Assembly (NCBI GenBank): GCA_001769385.1 | Contig: MEPB01000037.1 | Location: forward strand, 12,241 to 76,240 | Direction: 5' to 3' | Source: Bacteroidetes bacterium RIFCSPLOWO2_12_FULL_35_15 | GTDB lineage: Bacteria; Bacteroidota; Bacteroidia; 2-12-FULL-35-15 | DNA length: 64,000 nt | Position numbers and translations under genes: made by a program | Notes under the pieces: generated by a model | The model's database searches: none | The model's input: only the letters and a program-made list of their open reading frames with translations | What the model was told of the DNA's origin: nothing | In this document: positions 9,878 to 20,150 of the stretch, in pieces | Numbering within the stretch: position 1 is the first letter of the stretch | Layout: each line of letters starts with the position of its first letter

Positions 9878-10870
9878 TTAAAATAAATTTTCATCAATAT
9901 CCACCATACATTTAAAATGTCCTTTCGGGCATTTATCATAACCAATTTTAGAGCAGGGACGACAGGAAAGATTTTTTACTTCTACCATTTTTGAATTCAG
10001 ATCAGCCAAGTAAGGAGTAAAACCAAACGCAGGAACTGTATTTCCCCAAACCGAAATAATTTCTTTTTTGAAGGCAGCGGCAATGTGCATTAATCCTGTA
10101 TCGTGTGTAATGATTTTTTTTGCATGTTTAATCAAGGATGCTGATTGATTCAAATTGTATTTTCCGCAAGCATTATAAATGTTCGTTCCGATAGCTTTTT
10201 CAATTTCATATGCTTTGGCAATATCTTCTTTCCCTCCTAATAAAATAATTGGTTGGTTAATTTTTTTACAGATTGAAATTATTTTTTCAGTTGGTAATTG
10301 TTTGGTAAAATGTTTCGCTCCGATCACAAAGCCAATGTACCCTTTTTGATGCACTGATGGAAGTGATGTAATTTGTATTTCATCTTTTTCAGGAATAAAA
10401 TAATCCAAACCTTTGTTATCATTGTTTATTCCGAGCTTTTCAACTGTCTGCATGTAGCGGTCAACAATATGTAATGCGGGCATTTTGTTGATCTTGAAAT
10501 TAACCAGGATCCATTTTTTGAAATTTAATTTTTTGAAAGAAGAGGAAGGTTTTCCTAAATTAATTTTTATACGCGAGGAACGTAAGTTGTTATGAAGATC
10601 GATCACAAAGTCAAATTTCTCTTTTTTTAATTCAGAAATTACATCCTTTACATTTTTTTCAAGGATATGAATTTTTGTGAGATAAGGATTGTTTTCTAAA
10701 ATCCCTTTAAACGATTTTTTAGTGAGGTAATGAATTTCAATCTCCGGCTTTTGTTCTTTGATACATCTGATTACGGGTGTAGTCAATACAATATCGCCAA
10801 TAGAACTAAAACGTATGATGAGTATTTTTTTCAAATTTATTTGATTTTTAAATCCGCTAGTCACCTCCAT
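9878..10870 (-). CDS. Glycosyltransferase family 9 (LPS heptosyltransferase-like)
   Basis: KILIIRFSSIGDIVLTTPVIRCIKEQ N-terminal motif typical of GT9. C-terminal Cys cluster CRPCSKIGYDKCPKGHFKC. Confidence 0.8.
   Translation of the reverse strand: MEVTSGFKNQINLKKILIIRFSSIGDIVLTTPVIRCIKEQKPEIEIHYLTKKSFKGILENNPYLTKIHILEKNVKDVISELKKEKFDFVIDLHNNLRSSRIKINLGKPSSSFKKLNFKKWILVNFKINKMPALHIVDRYMQTVEKLGINNDNKGLDYFIPEKDEIQITSLPSVHQKGYIGFVIGAKHFTKQLPTEKIISICKKINQPIILLGGKEDIAKAYEIEKAIGTNIYNACGKYNLNQSASLIKHAKKIITHDTGLMHIAAAFKKEIISVWGNTVPAFGFTPYLADLNSKMVEVKNLSCRPCSKIGYDKCPKGHFKCMVDIDENLF
9904..9993 (-). repeat. Second copy (in the intact gene) of the 90-bp repeat shared with 6762-6856
   Basis: Direct comparison of the two segments: one mismatch (ttatagag vs ttttagag). 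Confidence 0.75.
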
Positions 10871-10892
10871 TTTGGGAGGATTAGGGAGAGGT

Positions 10893-11885
10893 TTATTTCT
10901 CCGAATAAATTACTTCCAGCAATGTTTGTCCAACGGCTTTCAATGTAGTTTTATCAATTATGCTCATGTTGTCAGAATGTTTGTGATGGTAATCACCGAA
11001 TCCTCCTGTAGCTTGATTGTATTCAATTATATCAATACAAGGAACTCCTGCTTTATTAACCCAAATATGATCATCGATACCTACAAAAGATTTTGTTTGT
11101 GATGAAAAATAATTTCCATAACCAATATCGTTTGCTGTTTTCCAAACTTTATTAACGACTGCAGAAGCGAATTCAACAGAATTGCTTTCTTTTGGAAAAA
11201 TAGCATTTGCACCACCAACCATATCTAATAATACCCCAAAATTTGCTGTATAGTTCGGTATGTGTAAATTTTTTGACCAGTATTGTGAACCTAAGCACCA
11301 GGTGTTTTCATCTCCTCCGCTTTCGCCATAATCTTCCATATCAAAAAGTATAATATCAACTCCAATGTTTGGATTTTTCAAATTTACCTGACGGGCAATT
11401 TCCATTCCTATACCAACTCCACTGGGGCCATCATTTGCACTATCAAAAGGCTTGTCAGGGTCTTTTGTATCCGAGTCGGCCCAGGGACGTGTATCCCAGT
11501 GTGAGCAGATCATTATCCGACTTTGAAGTTCAGGTTTATAGGATGCGATAATGTTTTTCAAACTGAACTGTTTTTTATCGAAAGTTTGAACGGTTCCTTT
11601 TTGAATGATCACATTCATACCGAATGATCTTAATTTTGCTGCCAGATAATCTGCGCACCTAGCATGTGCTGAAGATCCCGGAATCCGCGGACCAAAATCA
11701 ACTTGTGCTTTTACATACGAGTAGGCTGAATCAGAATTAAAATCGGGAGCAGGTATTTTTTTTACTTCAACTTCAGGCACTATAACCTTTTCTTTAGGTT
11801 CAGTGCCGCAAGAACTAATAAACAGGACTATCGAAACAGCAATAATTAATTGAATTTTATTCTTCAATCGACCAGGTTGCACCAT
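10893..11885 (-). CDS. M28-family peptidase / glutaminyl-peptide cyclotransferase-like lipoprotein
   Basis: Lipoprotein signal (FISSCG). The region ICSHWDTRPWADSD...GPSGVGIGMEIARQ is M28 zinc-ligand-like, resembling bacterial glutaminyl cyclases. Confidence 0.65.
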   Translation of the reverse strand: MVQPGRLKNKIQLIIAVSIVLFISSCGTEPKEKVIVPEVEVKKIPAPDFNSDSAYSYVKAQVDFGPRIPGSSAHARCADYLAAKLRSFGMNVIIQKGTVQTFDKKQFSLKNIIASYKPELQSRIMICSHWDTRPWADSDTKDPDKPFDSANDGPSGVGIGMEIARQVNLKNPNIGVDIILFDMEDYGESGGDENTWCLGSQYWSKNLHIPNYTANFGVLLDMVGGANAIFPKESNSVEFASAVVNKVWKTANDIGYGNYFSSQTKSFVGIDDHIWVNKAGVPCIDIIEYNQATGGFGDYHHKHSDNMSIIDKTTLKAVGQTLLEVIYSEK

Positions 11886-13329
11886 CTTTTGTATCTTTAA
11901 TAGTAATATTGATCTTTTTTAAATCATCTCGTAATTTATCAGAAGAGGCAAAATCTTTTTTTGTTTTTATCTCTTTCCTGATCTCTAAAATAATTTCCAT
12001 AACACCTTGTAATGCTTTATCTTTCGATGTATTCGAACTTTCTGATTTTAATCCCAGAACATCAAATACAAAATTATGCATCAATTTTTTCAATCCTTTT
12101 ATGTCACTTTCAGAAAAAGAAATTTTACCATCATTGGCGGAATTAATTTCTCGAGTAATCTCAAATAATTCAGCAATTAAAACAGGTGAATTAAAATCAT
12201 CATTCATTGCATCGTAACATGCTTTTATTCGTTCATTAAGAAATATTCCTGAATTCGAGGAAGGCTTGATCTTTTCTAATGTTTTGATTGCAGTCATCAA
12301 ACGTGCATACCCTTTTTCGGATGCCTGAAGTGCTTCATTCGAAAAATCTAATGTACTTCGATAATGACTTTGCATCATAAAAAAACGTACCCCCATCGGG
12401 CTATATCCTTTTTCCAGTAAGGGATGATTTCCTGTAAACAGCTCGCCCGGTAAAAACCCATTTCCTGCTGTTTTCGACATGCGAACTCCATTAACAGTAA
12501 GCATGTTAGTATGCATCCAGTATTTTACAGGTGATTTGTGGTTGCAGGCTTGTGATTGTGCTATTTCGTTGGTATGATGGGTTGCCTGCAGATCCATTCC
12601 ACCGCCATGTATATCAAATGTGTTGCCTAAATATTTACTGCTCATCGCTGAACATTCAATGTGCCAACCTGGAAATCCCCATCCCCATGGAGAAGGCCAG
12701 CGCATTAATGTTTCTGGTTTTGCTCCTATCCACAATGCAAAATCCAGTCGGCCACGTTTTTCATCTTGCCCGCTTAGTTCACGGGTCCCTTCCAATAGAT
12801 CTTCTAATTTGCGATTGGTAAGCTGTCCGTAAGGAAATTCTTTATTGTATTTTTCAACATCAAAATATACAGTTCCATTTATTTCATAGGCATATCCTTT
12901 TGAAATAATTTCTTTTATCATTTCTATTTGCTCGCAAATATGTCCGGTTGCTGTAGGTTCGATGCTGGGAGGAAGCGTATTGAATGCTTGCATTACATCA
13001 TGAAAACCAAGCGTATATTTCTGAACAATTTCCATGGGTTCCAGTTGTTCGAGTTTTGCTTTTTTAGCAAATTTATCATCTCCTTCATCCCTGTCACCTT
13101 CCAAATGGCCAGCATCAGTTATATTTCGAACATAACGCACTTTAAACCCAAGGTGTAATAAGTAGCGATAAATTAGATCGAAAGAAATAAATGTTCGGCA
13201 GTTTCCTAAATGAACATCACTATATACGGTTGGTCCACAAACATATAAGCCAACTAATCCTGGATTTACAGGCTCAAATTTTTCTTTTGTTCTCGAAAGA
13301 GTATTGAATAATGTAAGTTGATTTTGCAT
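11857..13329 (-). CDS. cysS: Cysteine--tRNA ligase
   Basis: N-terminus LVGLYVCGPTVYSDVHLGNCRTFISFD (HIGH region) and KMSKS-like RMSKTAGN. 490 aa. Confidence 0.9.
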   Translation of the reverse strand: MQNQLTLFNTLSRTKEKFEPVNPGLVGLYVCGPTVYSDVHLGNCRTFISFDLIYRYLLHLGFKVRYVRNITDAGHLEGDRDEGDDKFAKKAKLEQLEPMEIVQKYTLGFHDVMQAFNTLPPSIEPTATGHICEQIEMIKEIISKGYAYEINGTVYFDVEKYNKEFPYGQLTNRKLEDLLEGTRELSGQDEKRGRLDFALWIGAKPETLMRWPSPWGWGFPGWHIECSAMSSKYLGNTFDIHGGGMDLQATHHTNEIAQSQACNHKSPVKYWMHTNMLTVNGVRMSKTAGNGFLPGELFTGNHPLLEKGYSPMGVRFFMMQSHYRSTLDFSNEALQASEKGYARLMTAIKTLEKIKPSSNSGIFLNERIKACYDAMNDDFNSPVLIAELFEITREINSANDGKISFSESDIKGLKKLMHNFVFDVLGLKSESSNTSKDKALQGVMEIILEIRKEIKTKKDFASSDKLRDDLKKINITIKDTKDGATWSIEE

Positions 13330-13338
13330 AAATAAAAA

Positions 13339-13363
13339 GGACTTATGAAATTTTCATAAGTCC
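13339..13363 (-). terminator. Rho-independent terminator downstream of the MORN-repeat gene
   Basis: Stem ggacttatga / tcataagtcc, followed on the minus strand by a T-tract. Confidence 0.55.
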
Positions 13364-13402
13364 AAAGATATTAAGTTTTTAAGATTAATTACGCTGTAAA
13401 AA

Positions 13403-14281
13403 TTATTCTTCAATTACAGCATCGCCAATATATTTTCCTGCTTTATAAATTGCAATACGAGTTAAGATACCGTCATTGCTATAATAGTACACTTTCCCTT
13501 CAACTAAGCGGTTTTTACTGAATGTACCATCTTTTGATACTTGTTTATTAGAGTTATATAATTTCCAATAACCTTCACCGTTAAACACTTTACCCAGATT
13601 ATCTTTTTCAGTTTTTTGAGGAATCACCGGTGGGGCTTCTACTACTTCATCCGGTTTTTTAGCTACAATAGGTTTTTTAGGTTCAAATGTCTTTGTAGTC
13701 GCAACATCAAGGGTTCCACCGTTAAAATTTTTCTCGGATTTTATGTCCCCATTTTCATAAAATTCCTTTAATACACCGGATTCTTTTCCTTCAGCCCAAC
13801 TTCCTTCAATCATAACCTGTCCGTTTTCATGAAAATATTGTTGCGTTCCTTCACGTTTTCCTGTTGCATTAAATTTGAATGCTTGCTGAACCTGGCCATT
13901 TTCATAGTAAAGTTTGTAATCTCCTACCCAACGGTTATTTTTCCATAAACCTTCTTCTTTGATCTTTCCATTATCATGGTACATAACAGCATAACCACTA
14001 GGACGATTGTTTTCATAAGTGATTTTACTTTTTACGTTGTTGTTAGGGTAATATTCTTTCCAGATACCAATCTTCTTGCTATCCGTATATTTTCCCTCTT
14101 CAACTTTTTGATCATCCTTGTATTCTGGTTTGTGAACCATTTTGTTGAAAATGATCCATTTACCTTGCTTTTTACCGGCTAGGTCAGTAAAATTTATAGT
14201 GTCATTATTGTTTAATTCAAAAGACTGAGCTATTACAATTTTACAAGTGATGAATAATAATATTAAAATAATTTTTTTCAT
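13403..14281 (-). CDS. Secreted MORN-repeat-variant (YwqK-like) protein
   Basis: Signal peptide, then repeated ~23-aa units of GxWKEYYxNGxxKSEGxY type. Confidence 0.65.
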   Translation of the reverse strand: MKKIILILLFITCKIVIAQSFELNNNDTINFTDLAGKKQGKWIIFNKMVHKPEYKDDQKVEEGKYTDSKKIGIWKEYYPNNNVKSKITYENNRPSGYAVMYHDNGKIKEEGLWKNNRWVGDYKLYYENGQVQQAFKFNATGKREGTQQYFHENGQVMIEGSWAEGKESGVLKEFYENGDIKSEKNFNGGTLDVATTKTFEPKKPIVAKKPDEVVEAPPVIPQKTEKDNLGKVFNGEGYWKLYNSNKQVSKDGTFSKNRLVEGKVYYYSNDGILTRIAIYKAGKYIGDAVIEE

Positions 14282-14408
14282 TGGAGTAGATAATTTTATT
14301 TTATATTTCTATGCTAAATTACTGCACTTTTTCTTTTATTAATGATTAATTAGACCAAAAGGAGTATTAAATCGACCAATCATAAATCCGATATTTTTAC
14401 GAATAGGT

Positions 14409-15374
14409 TTACATATAGGTTTCACTTTCCGTACACTTTTTTAAATTTTTTATCATATCATTTGTCATTCCAATTAAATCAAATTCAGGCTTCCAGTTCC
14501 AGTGTTCAGCAGCCATACTGGAATCAATGCTTTGAGGCCAGCTGTCAGCAATAAATTGGCGTGAATCCGATTTATAAGAAATACTAAAATTGGGAATATG
14601 TTTTTTTATTTCGATTGCGATATCTTTTGGTGAAAAACTTAAACCGGATAAATTATAACTCGAACGTATTTTTATTTTATCCGGATCGGCCTGCATAATT
14701 CCAATAGTTGCCTTTATTGCATCCGGCATATACATCATTGGTAAAGTAGTGTTCTCGGATAAGAAACACTCATAAGAGCCTGTTTTAATTGCTTCATGAA
14801 AAATATGAACGGCATAATCCGTAGTGCCACCACCAGGAGCTGATTTCCAGCCAATTAATCCGGGATAACGTAAACTCCTCACATCTACATTGTATTTGTT
14901 ATAATAATACTCGCACCAGCGTTCTCCAGCTTGTTTGCTAATTCCGTAAACCGTACTCGGTTCCATTATCGTGTATTGTGGTGTATTTACTTTTGGTGTA
15001 TTCGGTCCAAAAACAGCGATGGAGCTGGGCCAATAAACTTTGGAGATTATTTTTTCTTTCGCAAGATCCAAGACATTAAACAAGCCAATCATATTTAAAT
15101 CCCAGGCAAACTTTGGGTTTTTTTCCGCTGTTGCCGAAAGCAGTGCAGCTAATAAATACACTTGATTGATATTGTGCCGTTTGACGATCTCAAGTAAATT
15201 TTGAGTGTTTAAAACATCAATTACTTCAAAAGGCCCATCTTTTGCTTGTTCTGTGACTTTTATGTCAGAGGCAATTACATTGTCAATGCCATAAATGTTT
15301 CTTAGATTTTCAACCAGCTCAATTCCAATTTGTCCGGATGAACCAATTACCAATATTTTCTCGCTCGTTCGCAT
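14409..15374 (-). CDS. NAD-dependent epimerase/dehydratase family protein (L-threonine 3-dehydrogenase-like)
   Basis: Rossmann motif KILVIGSSGQIGIELV near the N-terminus. Probable true start at the internal Met (MRTSEK), not the ORF-track start at 15404. Confidence 0.75.
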   Translation of the reverse strand: MRTSEKILVIGSSGQIGIELVENLRNIYGIDNVIASDIKVTEQAKDGPFEVIDVLNTQNLLEIVKRHNINQVYLLAALLSATAEKNPKFAWDLNMIGLFNVLDLAKEKIISKVYWPSSIAVFGPNTPKVNTPQYTIMEPSTVYGISKQAGERWCEYYYNKYNVDVRSLRYPGLIGWKSAPGGGTTDYAVHIFHEAIKTGSYECFLSENTTLPMMYMPDAIKATIGIMQADPDKIKIRSSYNLSGLSFSPKDIAIEIKKHIPNFSISYKSDSRQFIADSWPQSIDSSMAAEHWNWKPEFDLIGMTNDMIKNLKKCTESETYM

Positions 15375-15472
15375 ACCAAATATAATTGAGAGGCTAAATA
15401 TCACTATTATATTTTAATCTGAAAAATTTGTATTGCTGACATAAATCATGATTTCGCTCATTATCCTTATAT

Positions 15473-16546
15473 TTGCTATGTTTTAAACAGCTGAAATTTA
15501 TGTTATTACAAAACAGAGTTAATAAAAATGAACTGAAAAAGAGGATTAAGGAAGACGATACAAAGCGTATCACTGTTTCTTTTTACCGATATGTAATTAT
15601 TGAGAATCCACAGGAACTAAGGGATAATTTATTTGCTCAATGGACCAATTTAAAGATATTAGGTCGCATATATATTGCACAGGAAGGAATTAATGCACAA
15701 ATGTGTGTGCCTTTAGAAAATTGGGAATTATTCAAAGAAAATTTATTTAAGGATAAACGTTTTTATAGTATTCCATTTAAGATAGCGATAGAGGATGATG
15801 GTAAATCATTTTATAAACTGACACTAAAAGTGCGTCCGAAAATTGTTGCCGATGGCTTGGATGATAATGCATTCGATGTTACTAATGTCGGAAATCATTT
15901 AACTGCGAAAGAATTTAATGATGCAATGGAAAGTCCCGACTCGATTGTTGTGGATATGCGTAACCATTATGAAAGCGAAGTTGGTAAATTCATTGGTGCT
16001 ATTTGTCCGGATGCGGATACTTTTCGTGAAGAGTTGCCAATAGTGTTAGAAGAATTAAAAGACAAGAAGGATAAGAAGATCGTGATGTATTGTACGGGTG
16101 GTGTGCGTTGCGAAAAGGCAAGTGCCTATCTCAAACATCATGGTTTTAAAGATGTAAATCAATTGCATGGTGGAATTATTGATTATGTTCGACAAATAAA
16201 GGCGGAAGGCTTGGAATCAAAATTTATAGGAAAAAACTTTGTATTTGATGAAAGAGTTGGTGAACGAATTACGGAAGATGTGATCGCACAATGTCATCAA
16301 TGCGGTTCTCCATGCGATACACATGTAAATTGCGCAAATGATGATTGCCATTTATTATTTATACAATGTGAGAGATGTGTTGAAAAAATGAAAGGTTGTT
16401 GCACTCCGGAATGTATGGATATTGCTTTGTTACCGGTTGAAGAACAGCGTGCTTTGAGAAAAGGAAGAAAAAAACAAGATTCATTAGCTGTTTATAAAAG
16501 TCGGTTACGACCTAATTTGAAAGAAATCTTAGATAAAAGAGCTTAA
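15473..16546 (+). CDS. trhO: Rhodanese-domain tRNA uridine(34) hydroxylase-like protein (UPF0176/TrhO)
   Basis: [13 protein letters not shown]... and rhodanese active-site loop [16 protein letters not shown]-terminal Cys-rich tail. Confidence 0.75.
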   Translation: MLCFKQLKFMLLQNRVNKNELKKRIKEDDTKRITVSFYRYVIIENPQELRDNLFAQWTNLKILGRIYIAQEGINAQMCVPLENWELFKENLFKDKRFYSIPFKIAIEDDGKSFYKLTLKVRPKIVADGLDDNAFDVTNVGNHLTAKEFNDAMESPDSIVVDMRNHYESEVGKFIGAICPDADTFREELPIVLEELKDKKDKKIVMYCTGGVRCEKASAYLKHHGFKDVNQLHGGIIDYVRQIKAEGLESKFIGKNFVFDERVGERITEDVIAQCHQCGSPCDTHVNCANDDCHLLFIQCERCVEKMKGCCTPECMDIALLPVEEQRALRKGRKKQDSLAVYKSRLRPNLKEILDKRA

Positions 16547-16625
16547 ATGAAATTATTTATTAAATGTTTAAATTTTTGTTTTTTTTGAAAAATGTATCAA
16601 AGAATATTTTTCAAAAAAAAGCTTC

Positions 16626-16641
16626 TTTCAACATGTTGAAA
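16626..16641. promoter_or_regulatory. Perfect 16-bp palindrome upstream of the MMPL transporter gene (candidate operator)
   Basis: tttcaacatgttgaaa is its own reverse complement. It lies ~95 bp upstream of the 16735 start. Confidence 0.35.
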
Positions 16642-16734
16642 ATCAAGCACTAAATTTCCCCGGATTTCTCTTTTTGTCAGTATTATTATTATGATTAATT
16701 TCGATGTTCTATACTAAAGAAGAGCATTAGAAAT

Positions 16735-19134
16735 ATGTGGGCATCAATAGCACGATTTATTTTACGTAACAGAATAAAAATAATTATTGTATTAGGTCTA
16801 ATTACTGCTGTAATGGGCTATTTTGCACGTACTGCAGAAATTAAATACGAATCTCCCAAATTATTACCCGATCACGATACCACTGCTATTGAATATAAAG
16901 AATTCAAAAAACGTTTTGGGCAAGATGGAAGTGTCATGTTTATTGGTATCAGTGATAATGGATTATATAAATTAGATCGTTTCAATCAATGGTACGATCT
17001 CGGGAATGCAATAAAAGAAGTTTATGGTGTTAAAGCTGTTGTTTCAGTGGCTCGTCTTCAAAATCTTCGTAGAAATGATAGTTTAGGTAAATTCGAAAAT
17101 TTACCAATCATCACTCATCGTCCCACAAAACAAACAGAAGTTGATAGTATCAGGCAGGTTGTTCAAAGTCTTCCATTTTATCAAGGCATCATTTATAATG
17201 ATTCGGCCCATGCTACTTTAATGGCAATTACATTTGATGACAAACAATTAAATACAAAAAAAAGATTTGATATAGTTGATAATATCAAAAAGGAAGTAGA
17301 TAAATTTGTTGGGCTTTCTCGTGTGGAGGTACATTATTCAGGAATGCCCTATATTCGAACAGCTGTAGCCAGAAAGATAAAGGATGAAACCACATTGTTT
17401 ATGGTTCTTGCTTTTATTGTCACCGCAATTATCTTGTTTTTCTTTTTTCGCTCATTTTTACCCGTTATTTTTTCACTGGCTGTAGTATTTGTGGGTGTTA
17501 TCTGGTCGGTCGGGTTGTTGGTTCTGGTCGGCTATCAGATTTCTGTATTAACAGGATTGATACCTCCTTTACTCATTGTTATTGGTGTCCCCAATTGTAT
17601 CATGCTGCTCAACAAGTATCATACGGAATACAAAAAGAACGGGAATAAAATGCGATCCTTATCACGATCCATTGAAAAGGTGGGTGTTTCTTTATTTTTA
17701 GCGAACATTACAACAGCTATTGGGTTTGCCGTGTTTTGTTCGACCGATAGTACCTTGCTGTTTGAATTCGGATTGATATCTTCTATCAGCGTAATATTTA
17801 CCTACCTGGTTTCAATGATGCTTATTCCAATTGTTTTTAGTTTTTTGCCTGCCCCATCTGTAAAACATACCAAACATTTACAAGCAAAATCTATTACAAA
17901 ACTCCTGGAAAAAATAGATTATTCGGTACATCATCACCGAAAGATAATTTATATAACAGTCATTATCATAATAGGCATTTCAATTTTCGGGATCACTAAA
18001 ATAAAACCATTGGGTTATGTGGTGGATGATTTACCTAAGAAAGATCCTGTACTCCTTGATTTAAAATATTTTGAGAAAGATTATCGTGGGGTATTACCTT
18101 TTGAAATTAGTATTGATACAAAAAAACCAAATGGAGTTTTTTCTGATGGAGGCCGTACACTCTATAAGATCAATAAACTTCAAAAGCTGATGGCGCAGGA
18201 TTCTGTTTTTTCAAGAGCTGTTTCGGTAGTAGAAGGAATTAAGTTTTTTAATCAGGCATATAATGACGGAGAGAAAAAATCGTACCGCCTTCCCGGGGCT
18301 ATCGAATTACAAAAGATCGCTGATTTTGCAGGTAATGATGTAAAAGGACGACAAGGACAGTTTGCAGCTTTTATTGATAGTACAAAACGATATACACGGG
18401 TAAGCATTGCAATGGCAGATATAGGGTCGCTGGAAATGGCAAAATTGATAAATAAGCTTCAACCGCGCATTGACAGTCTTTTCAATTTTGATTATGAAAC
18501 AAATACCTGGTTAAGCGCAGATAAAAATTTTAAAGTGGTAATGACAGGGAGCAGCTTAATGTTTTTAAAAGGGAATCAATTTTTGGTGGAAAATCTTTTG
18601 GAGAGTGTTTTGCTGGCAATTATTCTGATTGCTATTGTCATGTACACCTTATTTATGTCGCCACGAATGATCATTATTTCGGTAGTTCCCAGTTTGATCC
18701 CTCTGATTATTACAGCAGGCTTGATGGGTTTCTTTGATATTCATTTAAAACCAAGTACCATTTTAATTTTTAGTATTGCCTTTGGTATAGCATCAGATGG
18801 GACATTGTATTTTCTTACAAAATACAGGCAGGAATTTAAACAGAATAAAAATAATATTTCAAAAACGGTGTCATTAACTATTCGCGAAACAGGAGTGAGT
18901 ATGATCTATACTGCAATTATTTTATTCTGCGGTTTTGGAATTTTTACTGCATCAAGTTTTGGTGGAACCAAAGCCTTGGGATATTTAATTTCTTTAACAC
19001 TACTGATCGCATATTGCTCAAACTTACTGTTATTGCCATGTTTTTTGCTGTCATTAGAAAAACGGTTAACTAATAAAGCATTTTTACAAGAACCGCTTAT
19101 TGAAGTAGATGACGAGGAAGAGACACTAATTTAA
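16735..19134 (+). CDS. MMPL/RND-superfamily membrane transporter (two 6-TM bundles)
   Basis: 799 aa. Two hydrophobic blocks separated by large loops, the SSD-like architecture typical of MMPL exporters. Confidence 0.75.
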   Translation: MWASIARFILRNRIKIIIVLGLITAVMGYFARTAEIKYESPKLLPDHDTTAIEYKEFKKRFGQDGSVMFIGISDNGLYKLDRFNQWYDLGNAIKEVYGVKAVVSVARLQNLRRNDSLGKFENLPIITHRPTKQTEVDSIRQVVQSLPFYQGIIYNDSAHATLMAITFDDKQLNTKKRFDIVDNIKKEVDKFVGLSRVEVHYSGMPYIRTAVARKIKDETTLFMVLAFIVTAIILFFFFRSFLPVIFSLAVVFVGVIWSVGLLVLVGYQISVLTGLIPPLLIVIGVPNCIMLLNKYHTEYKKNGNKMRSLSRSIEKVGVSLFLANITTAIGFAVFCSTDSTLLFEFGLISSISVIFTYLVSMMLIPIVFSFLPAPSVKHTKHLQAKSITKLLEKIDYSVHHHRKIIYITVIIIIGISIFGITKIKPLGYVVDDLPKKDPVLLDLKYFEKDYRGVLPFEISIDTKKPNGVFSDGGRTLYKINKLQKLMAQDSVFSRAVSVVEGIKFFNQAYNDGEKKSYRLPGAIELQKIADFAGNDVKGRQGQFAAFIDSTKRYTRVSIAMADIGSLEMAKLINKLQPRIDSLFNFDYETNTWLSADKNFKVVMTGSSLMFLKGNQFLVENLLESVLLAIILIAIVMYTLFMSPRMIIISVVPSLIPLIITAGLMGFFDIHLKPSTILIFSIAFGIASDGTLYFLTKYRQEFKQNKNNISKTVSLTIRETGVSMIYTAIILFCGFGIFTASSFGGTKALGYLISLTLLIAYCSNLLLLPCFLLSLEKRLTNKAFLQEPLIEVDDEEETLI

Positions 19135-19247
19135 ATGGGTGAAAATTAAAAATAAAGTTGAATGAATTAATTAGGTTGATTGAGGTGTTTAATATTCTTA
19201 ATTTTCAATAATTAACTTTTTGACTCCATTAACTTAATAACTATTTT

Positions 19248-20111
19248 ATGAAAGGAATAATCTTAGCAGGAGGTTCAGGAACACGCTTACATCCTCTTAC
19301 ACTCGCAGTAAGTAAACAATTAATGCCGGTATATGATAAACCAATGATTTATTATCCACTATCTGTATTAATGATGGCAGGTATTTCAGAGATATTGATC
19401 ATTTCAACTCCACATGATCTGCCAAACTTTGAACGATTATTGGGAGATGGAAAAAATTTGGGTTGCAAATTTAGTTATGCTGTTCAGGAAATTCCAAATG
19501 GTCTGGCGCAAGCATTTGTAATTGGCGAAAAATTTATCGGGAAGGATAAGGTTGCATTAATATTAGGTGATAATATTTTTTACGGAGCAGGTTTAGGAAG
19601 GTTGTTACAACAACATCAAAATCCTGATGGAGGAGTTGTTTTTGCATACCATGTTTCTGATCCCGAAAGATATGGTGTTGTAGAGTTTGATGAGAATGAA
19701 AAAGCAATTTCCATTGAAGAAAAACCTTCTCATCCGAAATCAAATTATGCTGTTCCCGGATTATATTTTTATGATAACAGTGTGGTGCAAGTTGCTAAAA
19801 CCTTAAAGCCGAGTGCAAGAGGGGAATATGAAATTACAGATGTAAATAAATATTATTTGCAACAAGGAAAATTAAAAGTTGCTATTTTGGATCGAGGAAC
19901 AGCTTGGCTGGATACCGGAACATTTGCATCACTTACTCAAGCAGGGCAGTTTGTTCAGGTAATTGAGGAGCGACAAGGATTGCGTATTGGCTGTATAGAA
20001 GAAGTTGCCTATCGGATGAAATATATTAATAAGGAACAATTAAAACAACTTGCCGAGCCGTTAATGAAAAGTGGTTATGGTAATTATTTAATGAAACTCG
20101 CAGATAATTAG
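19248..20111 (+). CDS. rfbA: Glucose-1-phosphate thymidylyltransferase
   Basis: [41 protein letters not shown] is canonical RmlA. Confidence 0.9.
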   Translation: MKGIILAGGSGTRLHPLTLAVSKQLMPVYDKPMIYYPLSVLMMAGISEILIISTPHDLPNFERLLGDGKNLGCKFSYAVQEIPNGLAQAFVIGEKFIGKDKVALILGDNIFYGAGLGRLLQQHQNPDGGVVFAYHVSDPERYGVVEFDENEKAISIEEKPSHPKSNYAVPGLYFYDNSVVQVAKTLKPSARGEYEITDVNKYYLQQGKLKVAILDRGTAWLDTGTFASLTQAGQFVQVIEERQGLRIGCIEEVAYRMKYINKEQLKQLAEPLMKSGYGNYLMKLADN

Positions 20112-20150
20112 TGTTTTTTTTAATGCGATTTCATACTAAAATTTAATATT

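Noticed and set aside
16556-16600. AT-only inverted repeat (ttgaaaaat ... atttttcaa) after trhO as a terminator
   Set aside because: The stem is entirely A/T with a 12-nt loop. Too weak to call as an intrinsic terminator.
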